Positions 48,975 to 61,663 are shown, counted from the stretch's first letter. The stretch is 61,663 bases of DNA from Chara braunii (GCA_003427395.1 BFEA01000009.1:4465741-4527403); one strand, 5' to 3'. The notes: generated by a model from the letters alone, not told the origin. Numbers and translations: made by a program.

Positions 48975-50141
48975 TGTTGGGGCGAATACCCTTACAAGGG
49001 TATCCGCCCTGGTTTTTGCAAGTGACAGAGAAATAGGTTTGGTTTAAGATTTAGGTATACCATGCGATGCGCGACTGTGCCTGTGGTTTACGTTGGCTGG
49101 ATGGTTGACTAGAGTAGAGAGTGCGCGGGCGTGCAGATTTGAGGCGCATGTGATCTTTTCTTTTTGATTGATGATTGTGAAAGTCGGCGTAGTCGCCGAC
49201 CAAATTTTCATTTTTCTGATTAAGCTATGATTAAAAGTATTTTGTTTTTTGATTCATGCACTTGCCTGTGACCCGTGCGTACGCGCGGAGGACGACGTCG
49301 ACAACAATGTGGTCCTGAAAATGTTTTTGTAGGTCTGAGCGTTGCGCAGTATCAGTTTATTTAGGTGTTCGAAGGCGTTACACCAAGCCTTGGGCCTAAC
49401 ACTAGTGATTACAACGTCCGACTTTCATCAAGGAGATTTAAGGATCGAGGTCAAGCGGCAATGGCGCGGGAATATCAGAGTAGCACGAGGGGGCCGAGGG
49501 GTCGAGGGTTCGGCGGAGCTATCCCCCTTGGTTTTGTCGTCGGCGGCGTCCGATCGGTGGTGACACCTTCTAAGTAATTCTTTTAGCGCCATATGCTTAA
49601 TAATTTTTGTTATGCTCAGGCGTCCTTTGACTTGGACGCAACGTTGGATTTAGAGGTCATCACGGCAGTCGAGGACCTTGAGCACGCGCCTCTTTTAGTA
49701 AGCCCGTTTCGATTCCGCGGGTTCAGGATGTTGGCGAAAGTCCGCTATTGCGCCATAGCAGGGAAGACTACGACGCGGTCAGGGTCTGAGTCGTAATTGC
49801 ACCTGATGCGTAGTATCCACGAGGTTGCCTGAAATGCGGCAGCAAACTGTTTTCGCGGTTGCAGTATTTCCGGATCCCCATGACAACCACATCTGTGTTC
49901 GAGCCCCCCCCCCCCAATGAGGGAACTTGTGGGAACCGCGCCCACCAGCAGGTGTGGCACCTGCTATAATAGGTGGGCGGTACCGACCAGGGGGGTCAGC
50001 CGGTAGCATTGGTACCAGGCTTCTCCGATGGGCCAGTCACTGTGCCTCCCCTCCGGCCCCCTGCCCCTGTGGGCACCAGTGGGTGACGGGCGTGGGCTCG
50101 GTCGGGCAGAAGAGGGCGGCCATGGGCAGGGTAGGTAGCTC
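48975..50141 (+). repeat. 3' LTR of element C (family A), truncated and fused to the pol fragment of D
   Basis: Start TGTTGGGGCGAATACCCTTACAAGGGTATCCGCC is homologous to 3316 onward. Confidence 0.8.
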
Positions 50142-52261
50142 AGACCTTAAAAGACATCCTGACGTCTGAACAAGTCATGCTTGTCGCCCCGTGTTTTAAC
50201 GATGAGATAGGGTGGCCGTTTGTGCTTGAGACTGATGGGGGACCATTAGCCGTGGGAGTGGTTTTGATCCAAAAAAGGGAAGACGGAAGAGAACGGCCAA
50301 TCAGATTCGAGAGTAGGACGCTGAACTCAGCCGAGCGTCGCTACTCCCAATTCAAAAAAGAAGTATTGGTCGTTCTCCACTGCCTTAAGACCTTCCAAGC
50401 CTACCTTTTTGGGAGGAGGTTCATTTTGAGATTAGATCCGACAAACGTCGCAGGGGCTCTAAAGAATTACAAACCTATAGACCCCACTATGGGGAGATGG
50501 GTGGGGTTCATCTGGCAATTTGACTACAAGATAGAGCGCATAGCCGGTCTTAGGAACAGGGCCGACGACCTGAGCAGGGTGAGCATAACACCGGAAGGAG
50601 TAAAGGACGCATAGCCGATTGATGCGTTCCTCGACTACGAGGGTGGGACCCTTGTAGCAAATAATGAGATGATTGAGCATGCCTGCACATCCGAAGAATT
50701 GCTGATCAAGGCACTGGAGAAAGGACCTTTGACAATCGTGGCGGAGCTCAGGGAAGGAGCACTTAGAAGGTCCAGTCGAAAGGAAGAAAAAAACTCGTGG
50801 GGTGACATGGTGGGGTCTCGCGAAGAACTGATGGCGATTACCGTGGAAGGGGGGCGATAGGCGGTCATGAGTTTGGTTGAGTCTTGGGAACAAAAGTGGC
50901 AGCGGTACCTAGTGAACCAAGTACAAGACATACAGGAGGATCGTCGGGATCACAGCGAGTTCTTCCTTATTCAGTCATACGATGGGGTCTTCAAGGAAAT
51001 TGGACTGTTGCTAGTAGGAAACAAGGAGGCTCAGGAGGTCAGCCTCAAGGCCAGAGAGGAAGCTGATAAGTATGTACTAAGAAACGAAGACCTATTCAAG
51101 AGAGAGGAAGGCCTAATGCCTAGAAGGCAGGTATGTGGTCGGTCGAGGCAAATAGACATAATTCAGGCAATGCATGACGGATTGGCAGGGGGACATCGAT
51201 CCTCAAAAGGGACCCTGGCAAAAATAGCGCCACTCTACTTTTGGCCTGGAATGGGGAGTATGGTCGCCACGTGTTGCCAAACCTGCTTGATTTGTCAAGA
51301 GCGAAGTACTACTCGAGTTTTTGAGCCTTTGAGACCAACGCGAGTGCTAGGACCAGGACATCTGGTCCACCTCGATCTCGTGATCATGCCGGTATCCGCG
51401 AAAGGGTACCGGTACATACTTGACGCCAGAGATAATCTCAGTGGGTTTGTGGAGGCAGTAACTCTTAAGAAGAAAACGGGGTTGGCAGTAGCTGAATGGA
51501 TCGAGGACTTTTACCTGAGGCACCCGTTTAATGGGACTGAATTCGTAAACCAGGACGTGTTGAGTACATGCAAAAGACTCAGAGTGCCCATCAAGTTAAT
51601 TAAGCCGTACCACCCGGAAGCTAACGTACCCATGGAGAGAGGGCACCGGACGCTTAAGAACACGATCGCGAAGTTACCAGCGGACGACCTTGAGAATTGG
51701 CCTAAGTATCTTAAGCAAGCAGTGTTCGCAGAGAACGTGACTCCAAAATGGACCACAGGATGTATTCCGGCCGAATTATGGTACGGGAGGGAAATCGATT
51801 TCCCAATAGAAGCTCTATTACCGGCATGGGATAGGCTGGATGAGGACCCGCGCTTGACAATGGAACAGTTAATTGAGGTCAGGTGTCAGCAGATTGTCCA
51901 AAATGAGGAGGCAATAAACGAAGTGGTGAGCCGAGTTCTGGATAGCAGGATGAAGAACATGGCAAGATGGGATCAGTTGCGGAACATCAGAAAAGAACCA
52001 CTGCAAGTGGGGGAAATGGTCCTAGTCAGGAATTCCGCACTAGAAAGTACTTGGTCAGGGCAACTGGGGAGAAGATTCAAGGGCCCCTACCGGGTCGCCA
52101 AGAGACTGGGAATGAACAATTTTGAGTTGTTAGACCTGGACGAGACCAGGGTAAAAGGACCATTTCCAGGATAATGGTTGGTCAAATTTCTAAGCAGGGA
52201 TCCGGTAGAACAGTGGTTGCAAGAGGCTCAGGACCAGGAAAACAAGGAACAAGCCGACTGA
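50142..52261 (+). pseudogene. pol: Ty3/gypsy pol fragment: RNase H plus integrase (element D)
   Basis: ORFs 50177, 50669 and 50867 share one frame. ETDGG...YSQFKKE, HDGLAGGH...CQTCLIC, VHLDL, NGTEF, ERGH and FKGPY. Same lineage as element B. Confidence 0.92.
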
Positions 52262-52714
52262 GGCACCCGCAAAATCTTACCTATGATGTATTTTGTTTTC
52301 TTTTGTGTGGAGGGGTTTTTTACTGTGCTTATGGGAATGGACTGCATGACTGAGATAATGTGATTGGGGCATTGTACCATAGTTTTTGGGGGAAGGGTGT
52401 TACGGGGACGAAAACCTGGGTCATGGTACCACAATATCGTGAAGGAGTGAATGGTATTGGGGTGGCTGTCCGGGACGGCATATCATGACTTTCTGAAAGG
52501 TGCATGAGATTTGAATGGAGGGACTCATCATATGGAGATGCACGATCGGAGACCGGGCAAGGGCGTGCACCCTTGAAAATTTGGGCAACCCCGGTATCAT
52601 AAGGGAATGAGACTTGGGGTTTGCGATCGCTTGGACGAGGGCTCTACCTTGGGAATATGGACTAGGGTTTCTGTTTTCCTTGTGATGACAGGCACAGGGA
52701 AGACACAAGATAAA

Positions 52715-53558
52715 ATGGAATTCAATAACGAGAACGACGCCAACCGCGCCAACGTACCCCTCGAAGAGGAGTGACAAAGAACCGAGAGGCCACGAGATAG
52801 GCAAAGACCGGTATTGTTCATTGGGCCACAGCCAAGACAGACATTAGGAAGGAGAAAGAGAAAGATGCTGACCCGCAAACCTTCCCCCCTTAAGGAAGGC
52901 AAAAAATTGCAGCCATTATCTGAAGAAGAAAGGGAGGAGCAAGGAGCGAGGGAAAGTAGGGAAGAAGAAAGGCAAAGTATGCATGACAGCTGTGAAGAAG
53001 AAGAGCCTGAAAAAAAAGCGTGAGTAGTAAACAAGGTAGGCAGGACGGTTATGGAAGGACGACCAAAGATTTTGAAGACGCACATGAGGAAAGAAGAGGC
53101 GTTCTCCACAGCCTGAACCCTGAAAGTCTTACGTATGAATTTAGCCTTGTGCAGGGAGAAGAAAGAGAGAGTGATGATGACGTGCAGGAAGTCATCGCCA
53201 TCAGCAGTGGCAATGAAACAGATGAAATCTCAAGGCCCAGGGCCGAAGGGCAGCCGTCAACAAACAGTCCAAGGAACGGACCCTCGGATGGAAGGACGAG
53301 TTCGGGCCGACACCCGGCCACTGGTTTGAGTAGTGTGCCAGTGTGACTAAGCATGAATGAATCATCAAAGCCAGGAAGTTGATGGCAGCCGATGAAGCGG
53401 TCACACCACTGAACTTTTTCAGTGAAGACGAACTACAACTGATTGTAAAAAAATTATACGAAATCTGGACTTATGGCCTAGGCGTCGAAGCATCCCCGGG
53501 AGACAATGATGAGAGGGGAGCGAAATGGCAAAAGACTGGTCCTAACAACAGGGGTTAA
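52715..53558 (+). pseudogene. Extra ORF downstream of pol (env position); acidic/basic low-complexity protein, disrupted
   Basis: ATG 52715 is in frame with 52814-53023. A frameshift in an A-run leads to 53020-53346, then ...LNFFSEDELQLIVKKLYEIW... A splice-acceptor-like TTTCTGTTTTCCTTGTGATGACAG ends at 52691. Confidence 0.55.
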
Positions 53559-54240
53559 GGCAAGAGGGCAAGCGAGCAACCTGGTTACAAGTGAACAAGA
53601 CTCTTGCGATAAAAAGTGACTAAGACTTAGCATAAGTGAGTAGGGAAAGCAGTATGCTGAACAACTTTTTGTGTGAGCCACTTTTTGAGTTGAAGGTTGC
53701 CAAGGAACATGGACATGAGACTAGTTGGGATGGGTGGGCTGAGCAACTTTTTGTATAAGCCACTTTTTGACTTGAATTTGCCTAGTAATAGGGATGTGAG
53801 ACTAGCTGAGATCAATGGACTGAGAACGGTTTAATGGGGCAAGCTGTATTTGCAACAAACACTATGAGTTTTTTTTTCTGACCACGAGTACAAGCATTGA
53901 ATGTCAACCGAGTGCAAGAGAGGTTAGGGAACCTATGGATTGAGCGCCACAAGGATGTCCTCCCCTAGGAGCTTAATCCAAACTCCCCCTTTGGATCTAT
54001 GGGTGAAGGGTCGGGGAGGCTAGCACTGCCTAAGGTTAAAAAAAACTCAGCTCGAGTGATAGACGCTAAGTCGGGTGCATGTATGAGCATGTTGGAACCA
54101 GCAAGCTGTGTTAAGAAAATGATGAAACGAAACGGCACGCAAAAAAAAAAAAAAAAAATAAAAAAAAAATGGTGACCTTCTAACCTCCCAGTAAAAGATC
54201 AGATCCGTATCCTCAAAAATTCACCCCCTCAGGCGCTTGC

Positions 54241-54440
54241 ATTTGAAATTGGAAAAGAATGACCCTAATCAGGCTGCTCGATTTGAAAATGGAAAAGAAT
54301 GGCCCTAACCAGACTGTTCGACTTGAGATTGGAAAAGAATGACCCTAACCAGGCTGTTCGACTTGAAATTGAAAAAGAATGGCCCTAACCAGGCTGTTCG
54401 ATTTGAGATTGGAAAAGAATGACCATAACCAGGTTGTTCG
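54241..54440. repeat. 40-bp tandem repeat x5
   Basis: Unit ATTTGAAATTGGAAAAGAATGACCCTAACCAGGCTGTTCG. Confidence 0.95.
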
Positions 54441-54544
54441 GAAACAGTCTCTAACCGGCGTCATTTCTTTTGAAATAGGCACTAGGGTCCCCCTGCATGA
54501 CTGCTTGAGAGAGGTTGATTGAGAAAAATATGGAATAAGTAATA

Positions 54545-54900
54545 TGAAATGGAAAAGGCCGATGAGTCGGCCATTGAAATAGCCATGAGGAAGGATGAAA
54601 GAGAAAGGATAAAGAGGAAAAAGACCGTCGGGTCGGTCATGTGGAATAGTCATGAAGAAGGGGAAGGCATGTGGGACGACCATTGAAATAGTCATGAGGA
54701 AAAGATGAAAGAGATGTGAAATGGAAAAAGGCCGCTGGGCCGGTCATTGAAATAGCCATCAGGAAAGATGAAAGAGATGTGAAATGGAAAAGGCCGCTGG
54801 GGCGGTCATTGAAATAACCTATGAGCAAGGATGAGAGAAATCAATGTGGATGGAAAATGCCGGTGGGTCGGCTATTGAAATAGTCATGAGAAAGAATGAA
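54545..54900. repeat. ~60-bp degenerate tandem repeat
   Basis: Unit approximately AAATGGAAAAGGCCGCTGGGCCGGTCATTGAAATAGCCAT...GATGAAAGAGATGTG. Confidence 0.8.
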
Positions 54901-56204
54901 GGGAATGAAATCGGAAGAAAGAGGCCGATGGTCGCTAAAACAGTCGTGCAATTGGGAAGAGAAGAATTGGGAGGGCAGGATAAACGAAGGAAAGATCAAA
55001 AATTGAGAAGGATATGGACCGTTGGGACGATCATAAGCAATGACTATTGAGAGAGTGAAAACTAAGGATTGAAGGAGGGTCGATGGGCCGGCCATGAGAG
55101 ATGACTATTGAAAGAGGAGTCGTCGGGTCGGCCACAAGAGATGATCCTGTTGAGGAGAGACTGTCGGACCAGCCATGAGAACCAACCTTGAGAAAGAATT
55201 GGAAAGAACATTGGACTAGGCGTTTGCCTAAGAATTGAAAATTGCATCGCATAAACAGGGGACCCTACACAATTTGAAGAACGGTCGTCGAGCCGACCAT
55301 GAAAATAGCAAGAGATTGAGTTTTTTTTACCTTCTAGTCTCAAGGCTCAACATGAGGGGGATAGTGATGCATGCACCACGACCCCAAGACCTTTACCCCG
55401 TAGGGAAATGTCCAAGCGCGACCTGCCCTTCGTAAGTAGGGCACCAGGTTAAAGGACTAAGGTATCAATACGATACTCGACATCCGGAACCAGCTCTGGC
55501 AATAGGCTCTAGCCGGAAGGTTCGAATTGCGTCTCGCGTTGAGTTCCTAAGGAGTCCAGGGCGCCGATATGGGTGGAAAGTTTGCTCTTCTAGTCTTGAT
55601 GACCCTCTCTAACCACACGCCACGCCGATGAGGGGCGGCCTGGCCGTTTGGGATGGACCTAGGCTGCTCGCATAAGTCAGGCATCACTGTCCACAGGGAA
55701 GGTCGGGGCGAGGTACCGGGTGGAGTCCGCCACCACCACAGGGCGAATCATTACGACCGTTCTAGGAACGAACCGCGAGGTCTTCGTAACTGCACTCGCA
55801 AACTAATAAGAGAGCCACAACTCTCTTGAGAAGGAAGAGGCCGGATCTAAAAAACTTACCACTTGGGAGGAACGATTCACGAGGGAGCCACGTTTGGTAG
55901 GATGGGGTCCTGGGAGGCATGAAATGGACCTGCCTTTCTGATGCGAGGAGGCACCTCGATGATGACGCTCATCTCCAAAGAAGTGGTCGCCAGACTAGAG
56001 TAGAGGATGGGATGAGTTATCAGCAGGGGGGGGACTGATCACCCTTCCTTTTAGGGGCTGATGGGCTAGCATCCGTCTACTTAGTTGGCAGGCAAGGTCT
56101 GCGTACCTCCATGTGAGAACCTGTTGCGCGATGAGGACATCGTGATTGAGTGGGGGGAAGGTGTGTCATCTACCTAAGACCAAAGCGTGTCAAAGGACCA
56201 ACAG

Positions 56205-56650
56205 GCAAATGCATGTGTGAATGACTGAGCTAGGCTGGCAAGATGCCCGTGAGAAATGCATGAGTGAATGACTAAGCTAGACTTGAGAAAAAAATGGCAA
56301 GATGCCGATGAGAAATGCATGTGTGAATGACTGAGCTAGGCCTGAGAAAAGTCTGGCAAGATGCCCGTGAGAAACGCATGTGTAAATGACTGTGCTAGGC
56401 CGGAGAAAAGTCTGGCTAGATGGTCGTGAGAATGCATGTGGAAATAACTAAGCTGGGCTTAAGAAAGGTCTGGCAAGATGTCCAGAAGAGAAATGTATGN
56501 GAAATTGACTTCGCTTGAGCTGAAAGAGACCTAGCGAGATGACAAAAAAAGAAGTGCATGAAAAGTTGATTAAGCTTGAAAAATGACTGGTAAGGAAAGG
56601 ATGCATGTGAGATTGGCCGAGCTTAGGATGACCAGAGAAGAAATGCATAC
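56205..56650. repeat. ~58-bp degenerate tandem repeat
   Basis: Unit approximately GAAATGCATGTGTGAATGACTGAGCTAGGCCTGAGAAAAGTCTGGCAAGATGCCCGTGA. Confidence 0.85.
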
Positions 56651-56967
56651 GAAAAGGGGTTGAGCCTGGGCATTAAGGAAAGGCCTGGCAAGGAAAAGAT
56701 GTAGGGGAAAAGGGGATAGAGATAGGACTTGAGAAAGGCTTGGCAAAATGACAAAAAAATGAGATCGAGAAAAATATGGCAGGAGGCATGGATTGCAGGG
56801 GCCGAAAAGCCGATTAAAAGGAAGGCGCTGAGGATGACAGAAGTCGGAAAAGGGGATTGGTCGGCATGGGATGAAGGGTGGAACATTCGAAGGCATTCGG
56901 GGTAACTAGGCCCAAAGGAAGAACATGGGCTGCAGAATAAGATGAGAGAGGCATGATGTTATGAGGC

Positions 56968-57196
56968 TGATGAATGAGACGAAAGGTCTAATGTTCTAAT
57001 AGTGATGAATGAGACGAAAATGGTCTGATGTTCTGAGGGTGATGAATGAGACGAAAAGGGTCTGATGTTCTAAGAGTGATGAATGAGGGGAAAATAGGCT
57101 GATGTTCTGAGGGTGATGAATGAGACGAAAAGGGTCCGATGTTCTAAGAGTGATAAATGAGATGAAAAGGGTCTGATGTTCTAAGAGTGATGAATA
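56968..57196. repeat. ~37-bp tandem repeat x6
   Basis: Unit GATGAATGAGACGAAAAGGGTCTGATGTTCTAAGAGT. Confidence 0.9.
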
Positions 57197-57438
57197 AGCC
57201 AAAAAAATGTGTGATGTTATGGCAATGATGAATGCAATGGAAGAAGCCCGAAGGGCAAAGAGAACCCGACACTCCACACACCCCTTCCCGGCCCAAGGAG
57301 CGAAAACTAGAAGAGACTCTGGGAAAGAAAACGAGAAAAAGATAAAAAGGACCCTGACAAACTAACTGCCCATTACGTCTCTCCTCCTCTCCCTCGTCCA
57401 CCCCCCCCCCAAGACCCCTACTGACAAAGGGTTGGTGC

Positions 57439-57472
57439 GCGATGAGGACATCGTGAATGAGTGGGGGGAATG
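57439..57472 (+). promoter_or_regulatory. 3' hairpin plus polypurine tract of element D
   Basis: GCGATG-AGGA-CATCGT followed by GAATGAGTGGGGGGAATG before TGTCAGG. A second copy lies at ~56128-56170. Confidence 0.7.
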
Positions 57473-57894
57473 TGTCAGGACCGGAAGGTCCCGAATAACA
57501 CCCCGTCACTCGAGAGCCTGTATTTAGCCAAATTGTGCACGACAGAAAAATCCGGAATAAGGAGGCGGGAGAGAAGAAAGACAAGGGACTAGGTCGCCGG
57601 AAGGAACGGCGCCCCAGGTTGAGAACCGTAGGAGGAAAGAACCAGCGACGGCAAGCGAGTAAGCGCAAGGACATGAGCGCATAGGGGCGTAGCATGAGGC
57701 TAGGAGGGCCACTGAAATTCGGCATGACTAAGGCCGAGAGGCAGTCAACTTGCAAAATGCGCCGCAACGGACAACGAGAGAATAAGGCAGTTGGGAGGTG
57801 GACGGCCCCGGTGACCACGGGACGCTAGAAAATAAGGGGCCGACGTGAGGGCCGCTCATGGCGATTAGCAGGAGCCTCGGATTGAATGCCCCGC

Positions 57895-58005
57895 GGGACC
57901 AAGTGTCGGAAACCACCGGCGGGACCAAGTGTCGGGAACCACCGGCGGGACCAAGTGTCGGGAACCACCGGCGGGACAAAGTGTCGGGGACCACCGGCGG
58001 GACCA
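57895..58005. repeat. 26-bp tandem repeat x4
   Basis: Unit GGGACCAAGTGTCGGGAACCACCGGC. Confidence 0.95.
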
Positions 58006-58509
58006 CTAGCGGAGAAGTGTCGGAGACTAGCGTGAGACAAATGGTGGGGACATGAGAATGCCTTAACAAAGGACTATGAAGCGGTATGAGGGAAAATAAT
58101 TAAAGCAAGAAGCACCGTCAAGATCAAGATCTTGTCGATCGAGAATATTAGCACCACTAGTGCAAGCACTAGTGGAGCAAACGGAGAGGCCAAAAGGAAA
58201 AAGAAAAGTAAAGAAACATGAAGTGGGAGACATGGGAGCAATCCGAGAAATCTTGAATCAGCCTCCCTCAAGAAAATGAAGTCAAGAGAGACTCCATGTG
58301 AAAAATAGGCCTCGAGGAGAAAATCGGAGTAGGAAGGGTCACTGTGGGAGGAAAATAGAGGAAAAGGGAAGCTCTCATGGGCATGAGAAGGCCATGGTTG
58401 CAGTCCGAGAAATAACGGACTGCCCCTAGAGCATAGGAAGGGTCAAAACTAAGAGGACGAGCCTATAAAAGAACCTTAACGACTAGTTGTCATTTGGCAT
58501 GAGAATAAA

Positions 58510-58795
58510 GAAAAAAAAAGAAAAAAAAAAGGAGAGAGAATAAGACAAAAAAAGTGAGAGGGAGTGAGTGAGTTGGCCATCAGTAGGGACTGCCACAAGT
58601 AGGGACTCGCAGGTCCTTACTGTCCAAGAAAGGAGGGGAAAAAAAAAAAAAAAAAAGAAAAAAAAAAGGAGAGAGAATAAGACAAAAAAAGTGAGAGGGA
58701 GTGAGTGAGTTGGCCATCAGTAGGGACTGCCACAAGTAGGGACTCGCAGGTCCTTACTGTCCAAGAAAGGAGGGGAAAAAAAAAAAAAAAAAAGG
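58510..58795. repeat. ~137-bp tandem duplication bounded by poly(A)
   Basis: GGAGAGAGAATAAGAC...CCAAGAAAGGAGGGG occurs twice, identical apart from the A-runs. Confidence 0.9.
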
Positions 58796-61195
58796 AAAAA
58801 AAAGAAGACAAAAGGGCACTAACGACAAAAAACGGTCACCTAGGGTGATGCATTTGTGACCAGATTCATTCTGGCATATATCGGTTACAAAGTATCTTGA
58901 TTTTCTCTTGATTTTGCAGAGAAGAGCAAGAAAAATCATGGCCCCATGCAACCGAGATACAACGGATTGCATGGGGTAGGCCAAACACATGTTTTAGATG
59001 CATCGGGAACCAAAATGGAAACCGGATGCACTTGGGAGTTTGTCGTTTTCTTTTCTTTCAGTTTGAGGCTAGTTATGGGGCATTGGGGCTAGGGAATTGA
59101 ACCCTATTGCAATCCGAGTTGCAACGGACTACATGGGGAAGGAAAAATACATGTTTTAGGTGCATCCGAAGCCAATATTCAGCCCGGATGCACTTGGGAA
59201 TTTAACGCTTCATTTTCTTTTACTGTGGGGCAAGTTGTGGGCCTGTGGGACTAGGGATATAGCCATGTTTGCAGTCCGAGAGATAATGGACTGCATGGGG
59301 TTGCCTAGGCTAAGGGAAAATAGGCAACGTCAACCCAAAAGGCTATAAGGAAGTGATTTCGACATGGGCCAAGTAAAGACGGTAAACGGCAACCAGGAAA
59401 AAATCGGCACACATGCGGCATCTCAGGAAGGGAGATTGGAACCACCGAAGGCAAGGAGGTCCCAAAATAAAAATGGGATGCCGTCCGGGACGTTGCCGGA
59501 GACTAAGTGGGCCCAAATAATAATAGTCGAAAAATGGGGCGAGCGTCGGCGGGACTACCGGCTGAACAAGAAAACGTGACTAGTGTGGAGAACGTGGCGG
59601 GGACTTGAGATGTTCCAAGGGAACCATGCGTCAATGCAAGAAATAGTCGCGCAAGCAAACGGCACTGCCAAGATTGAGGATCTAGACAGTGGCAAATGTT
59701 AGCGTCACTAGTGCACTAGTGGGGACAAGTGGGGGAGCCATGAGAGAAAAAAAAGAAATGAAGTAATGGTGTTGGGAGGGCTGCCCAGTAGTTCGAGATA
59801 TCACGAACTAGCTAGGCATGAGAAAATAGAGCCTCAAGGGGCTCAACATGAGAAAAAGGCTGCCCAAGGAAAATCGGAGCAAAGGGGGCTCGAAATTGGG
59901 GCTAACGGATGCAAAATAGAGCCCCCTAGGAGCATGGGGGTGCCATTATGGTACTCCGAGATATAACGGTCAACTGACAGCCATAAATCTGGCCATAGAT
60001 GAAGATCTACGGCCTAGAAAAAAGCTCAACAACTGTTTGACACTTGTCACAACAAAAATAAAAGAAAAAGAAAGAAAAATGAGAGAAAATGGAGGGAGAA
60101 TGAGACAAAAGGGGAGAAAAAAGTGGAGGAGAATGTGTCGACCTATTGGGACCTGCACAGTAGGGATTGGCAGGTCCTAACTGTGACCTCATCCCTCCTA
60201 GAATGGGGGAGGGCAATCTGGATTGCAGAGATATGGCCTCATAAAATCTGAATTAAAAAGAGAAAAATGAGAGAAAATGCAATGATGAGTTGACCGTTTT
60301 TTTTTTTGTCATAGATATGAGATCAGATCTCGTGGTGGAGAAGAACTAGCCGTTTTTTGTGGACCAACTCAAAATGGCTAGCTCCGGAATGAGTTGGCAG
60401 CCCAAAATGGAAAGAAACAAAAGAGGAAAAATGACAAAAAACGTGCATTTGGTCCAAAAAGAGAGTTAGATGCACCAAAAGTTGAAAAATTGAACTTAAG
60501 GGCCCAAAATTGAAGCAAGGGCTACTTGGGGGTAGCCCGAAATATTGCTGGTCTTGGATCTCAAACAGATCCAAGATTGAGAATGCACCGCCATATGGGA
60601 AAATATCTCGGCCTACCCAAGGTAGGCCGAAATCAGAAACAGTCGAGAAAAAGGTCTTCAAGGCCTTTTTCTTTCAAGTAACGCTATCCCTTGGGCCTTT
60701 GGACTCAAAGGGGCAGCATTTTTCAAAGGTATGAGGCTTGAAGAGGCCCAAGGAGCAGTCCGAGTTGGTACCAACCACTCTGACTGCATGTACCTGGCCA
60801 AAATGAGGCTCAGCTGCTGAGATGAGCCCATGAGAGCACTACACTCACATAGAGTGAGGAGAGGGGAACCCCTGCCAATTTGAGAGGTCTAGAGGAGACT
60901 TTGGGCTAGTGTGTGGAACTCTAGAGGCTTGTGGTAGTGAGGAGGGTGATCCGCCATAGCCCCCTAGCTGTGAGGAAGAAGGCTAGGCTAGAGGGAGTCC
61001 TATTAGCCCTCCTAGAGGGGTGGACTCCATAGCCATAGTGGTAGGAGCTTGATTGCAACTCAGTAGAGACTGAGGAGGGGGGGTGAGAAAAGTTTGAGGA
61101 ACGAGGGAGCCATACCCAAGAGAAGGAGAAGGCATCATCAAAGGTGGAACTTCCCTCCCAGGACACTAAGGAGGTGAGTTGAGGGGAGAAGATTC

Positions 61196-61305
61196 TCCCT
61201 CTTCTTCTTCTTCTTCTTTTTCTTCTCCTTCTTCTTCTTCTCCCTCTTCTTTTTCTTCTTCCCCTTCTTCTTCTTCTTCTTCTTCTTCTTCTTCTTCTTC
61301 TTCTT
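61196..61305. repeat. (CTT)n microsatellite
   Basis: Direct reading. Confidence 0.95.
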
Positions 61306-61663
61306 GTCATCTCCTTCATCTTCCTCCTTTTCTCTTTCCTCATCTTGTTCTCTCAATAAACTCTCATCTACATTTCCTCTTTCTCCTTCTTCATCATCTC
61401 TCTCTCCATAGGAACTTCCTAAAGCTCATAGTAAGTAGTAGGGGGCTTGAACACTAGCACAGACCTTCTCATAGTCCATTCCTTCACTTCCATGTGAATT
61501 GTCACTCCCCCCCTTGTGTTTTCATGTTTTTGGGTGAGTTCCACTCACTCTACTCTCACTTTCTCTCCATCTCTTCACTTGGGAGCAAATCGCAATTCTT
61601 AGTTTGGCTTGTACTAGTGTTTTGATAATGATTACTCCTTGTTTAGTCTGTTTTTCGACTCCC

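Larger units (their letters stand above)
41470..50141 (+). mobile_element. Element C: non-autonomous (LARD-like) LTR element lacking gag/pol
   Basis: LTR segments 41480-42200 and 49435-50141 are more than 90% identical by eye. Decayed PBS-Asp at 42443-42460, 3' hairpin at 48938-48957, 3' LTR start TGTTG at 48975. No gag/pol motifs seen in between. Confidence 0.65.
57473..61663 (+). mobile_element. Probable 3' LTR of element D running to the window edge (may include other repeats)
   Basis: TGTCA start follows the PPT, and the region is non-coding and rich in subrepeats. No partner LTR is present in the window. Confidence 0.45.

Noticed and set aside
60921-61457. Poly-Arg, poly-Lys and poly-Ser ORFs
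   Set aside because: Translations of the (CTT)n microsatellite.

Overview
Repeat-saturated eukaryotic DNA with no intact host gene. A plant-type U6 snRNA fragment and the retroelement types point to a green-lineage genome; a streptophyte alga such as Chara is my inference only. The window is a nest of Ty3/gypsy LTR retrotransposons. (i) A family-A solo LTR (3316-23010, 4-bp TSD ACAG) is split by a minus-strand, tRNA-Asp-primed element B (6245-21314) that has decayed gag-pol and a ~7-kb 5' LTR. (ii) A (GAGTA/GAGTG)n satellite (23566-28114) is followed by further B and A LTR copies. (iii) A three-LTR chromovirus remnant (32852-36447, 4-bp TSD AACT). (iv) A gag/pol-less element C (~41470-50141) carrying a MITE. 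(v) The 3' half of element D: RNase H-integrase, an extra ORF, tandem arrays, PPT and LTR. The most unusual signals are in the giant A/B LTRs: a covarying palindrome 11 nt inside every TG start, no PPT at their 3'-LTR junctions, CRISPR-like arrays of stem-loops with unique spacers, sense-oriented U6 snRNA and LSU rRNA fragments among short hairpins, and a decayed ~330-codon ORF upstream of the PBS. All alignments were done by eye, and reference RNA sequences were recalled from memory.
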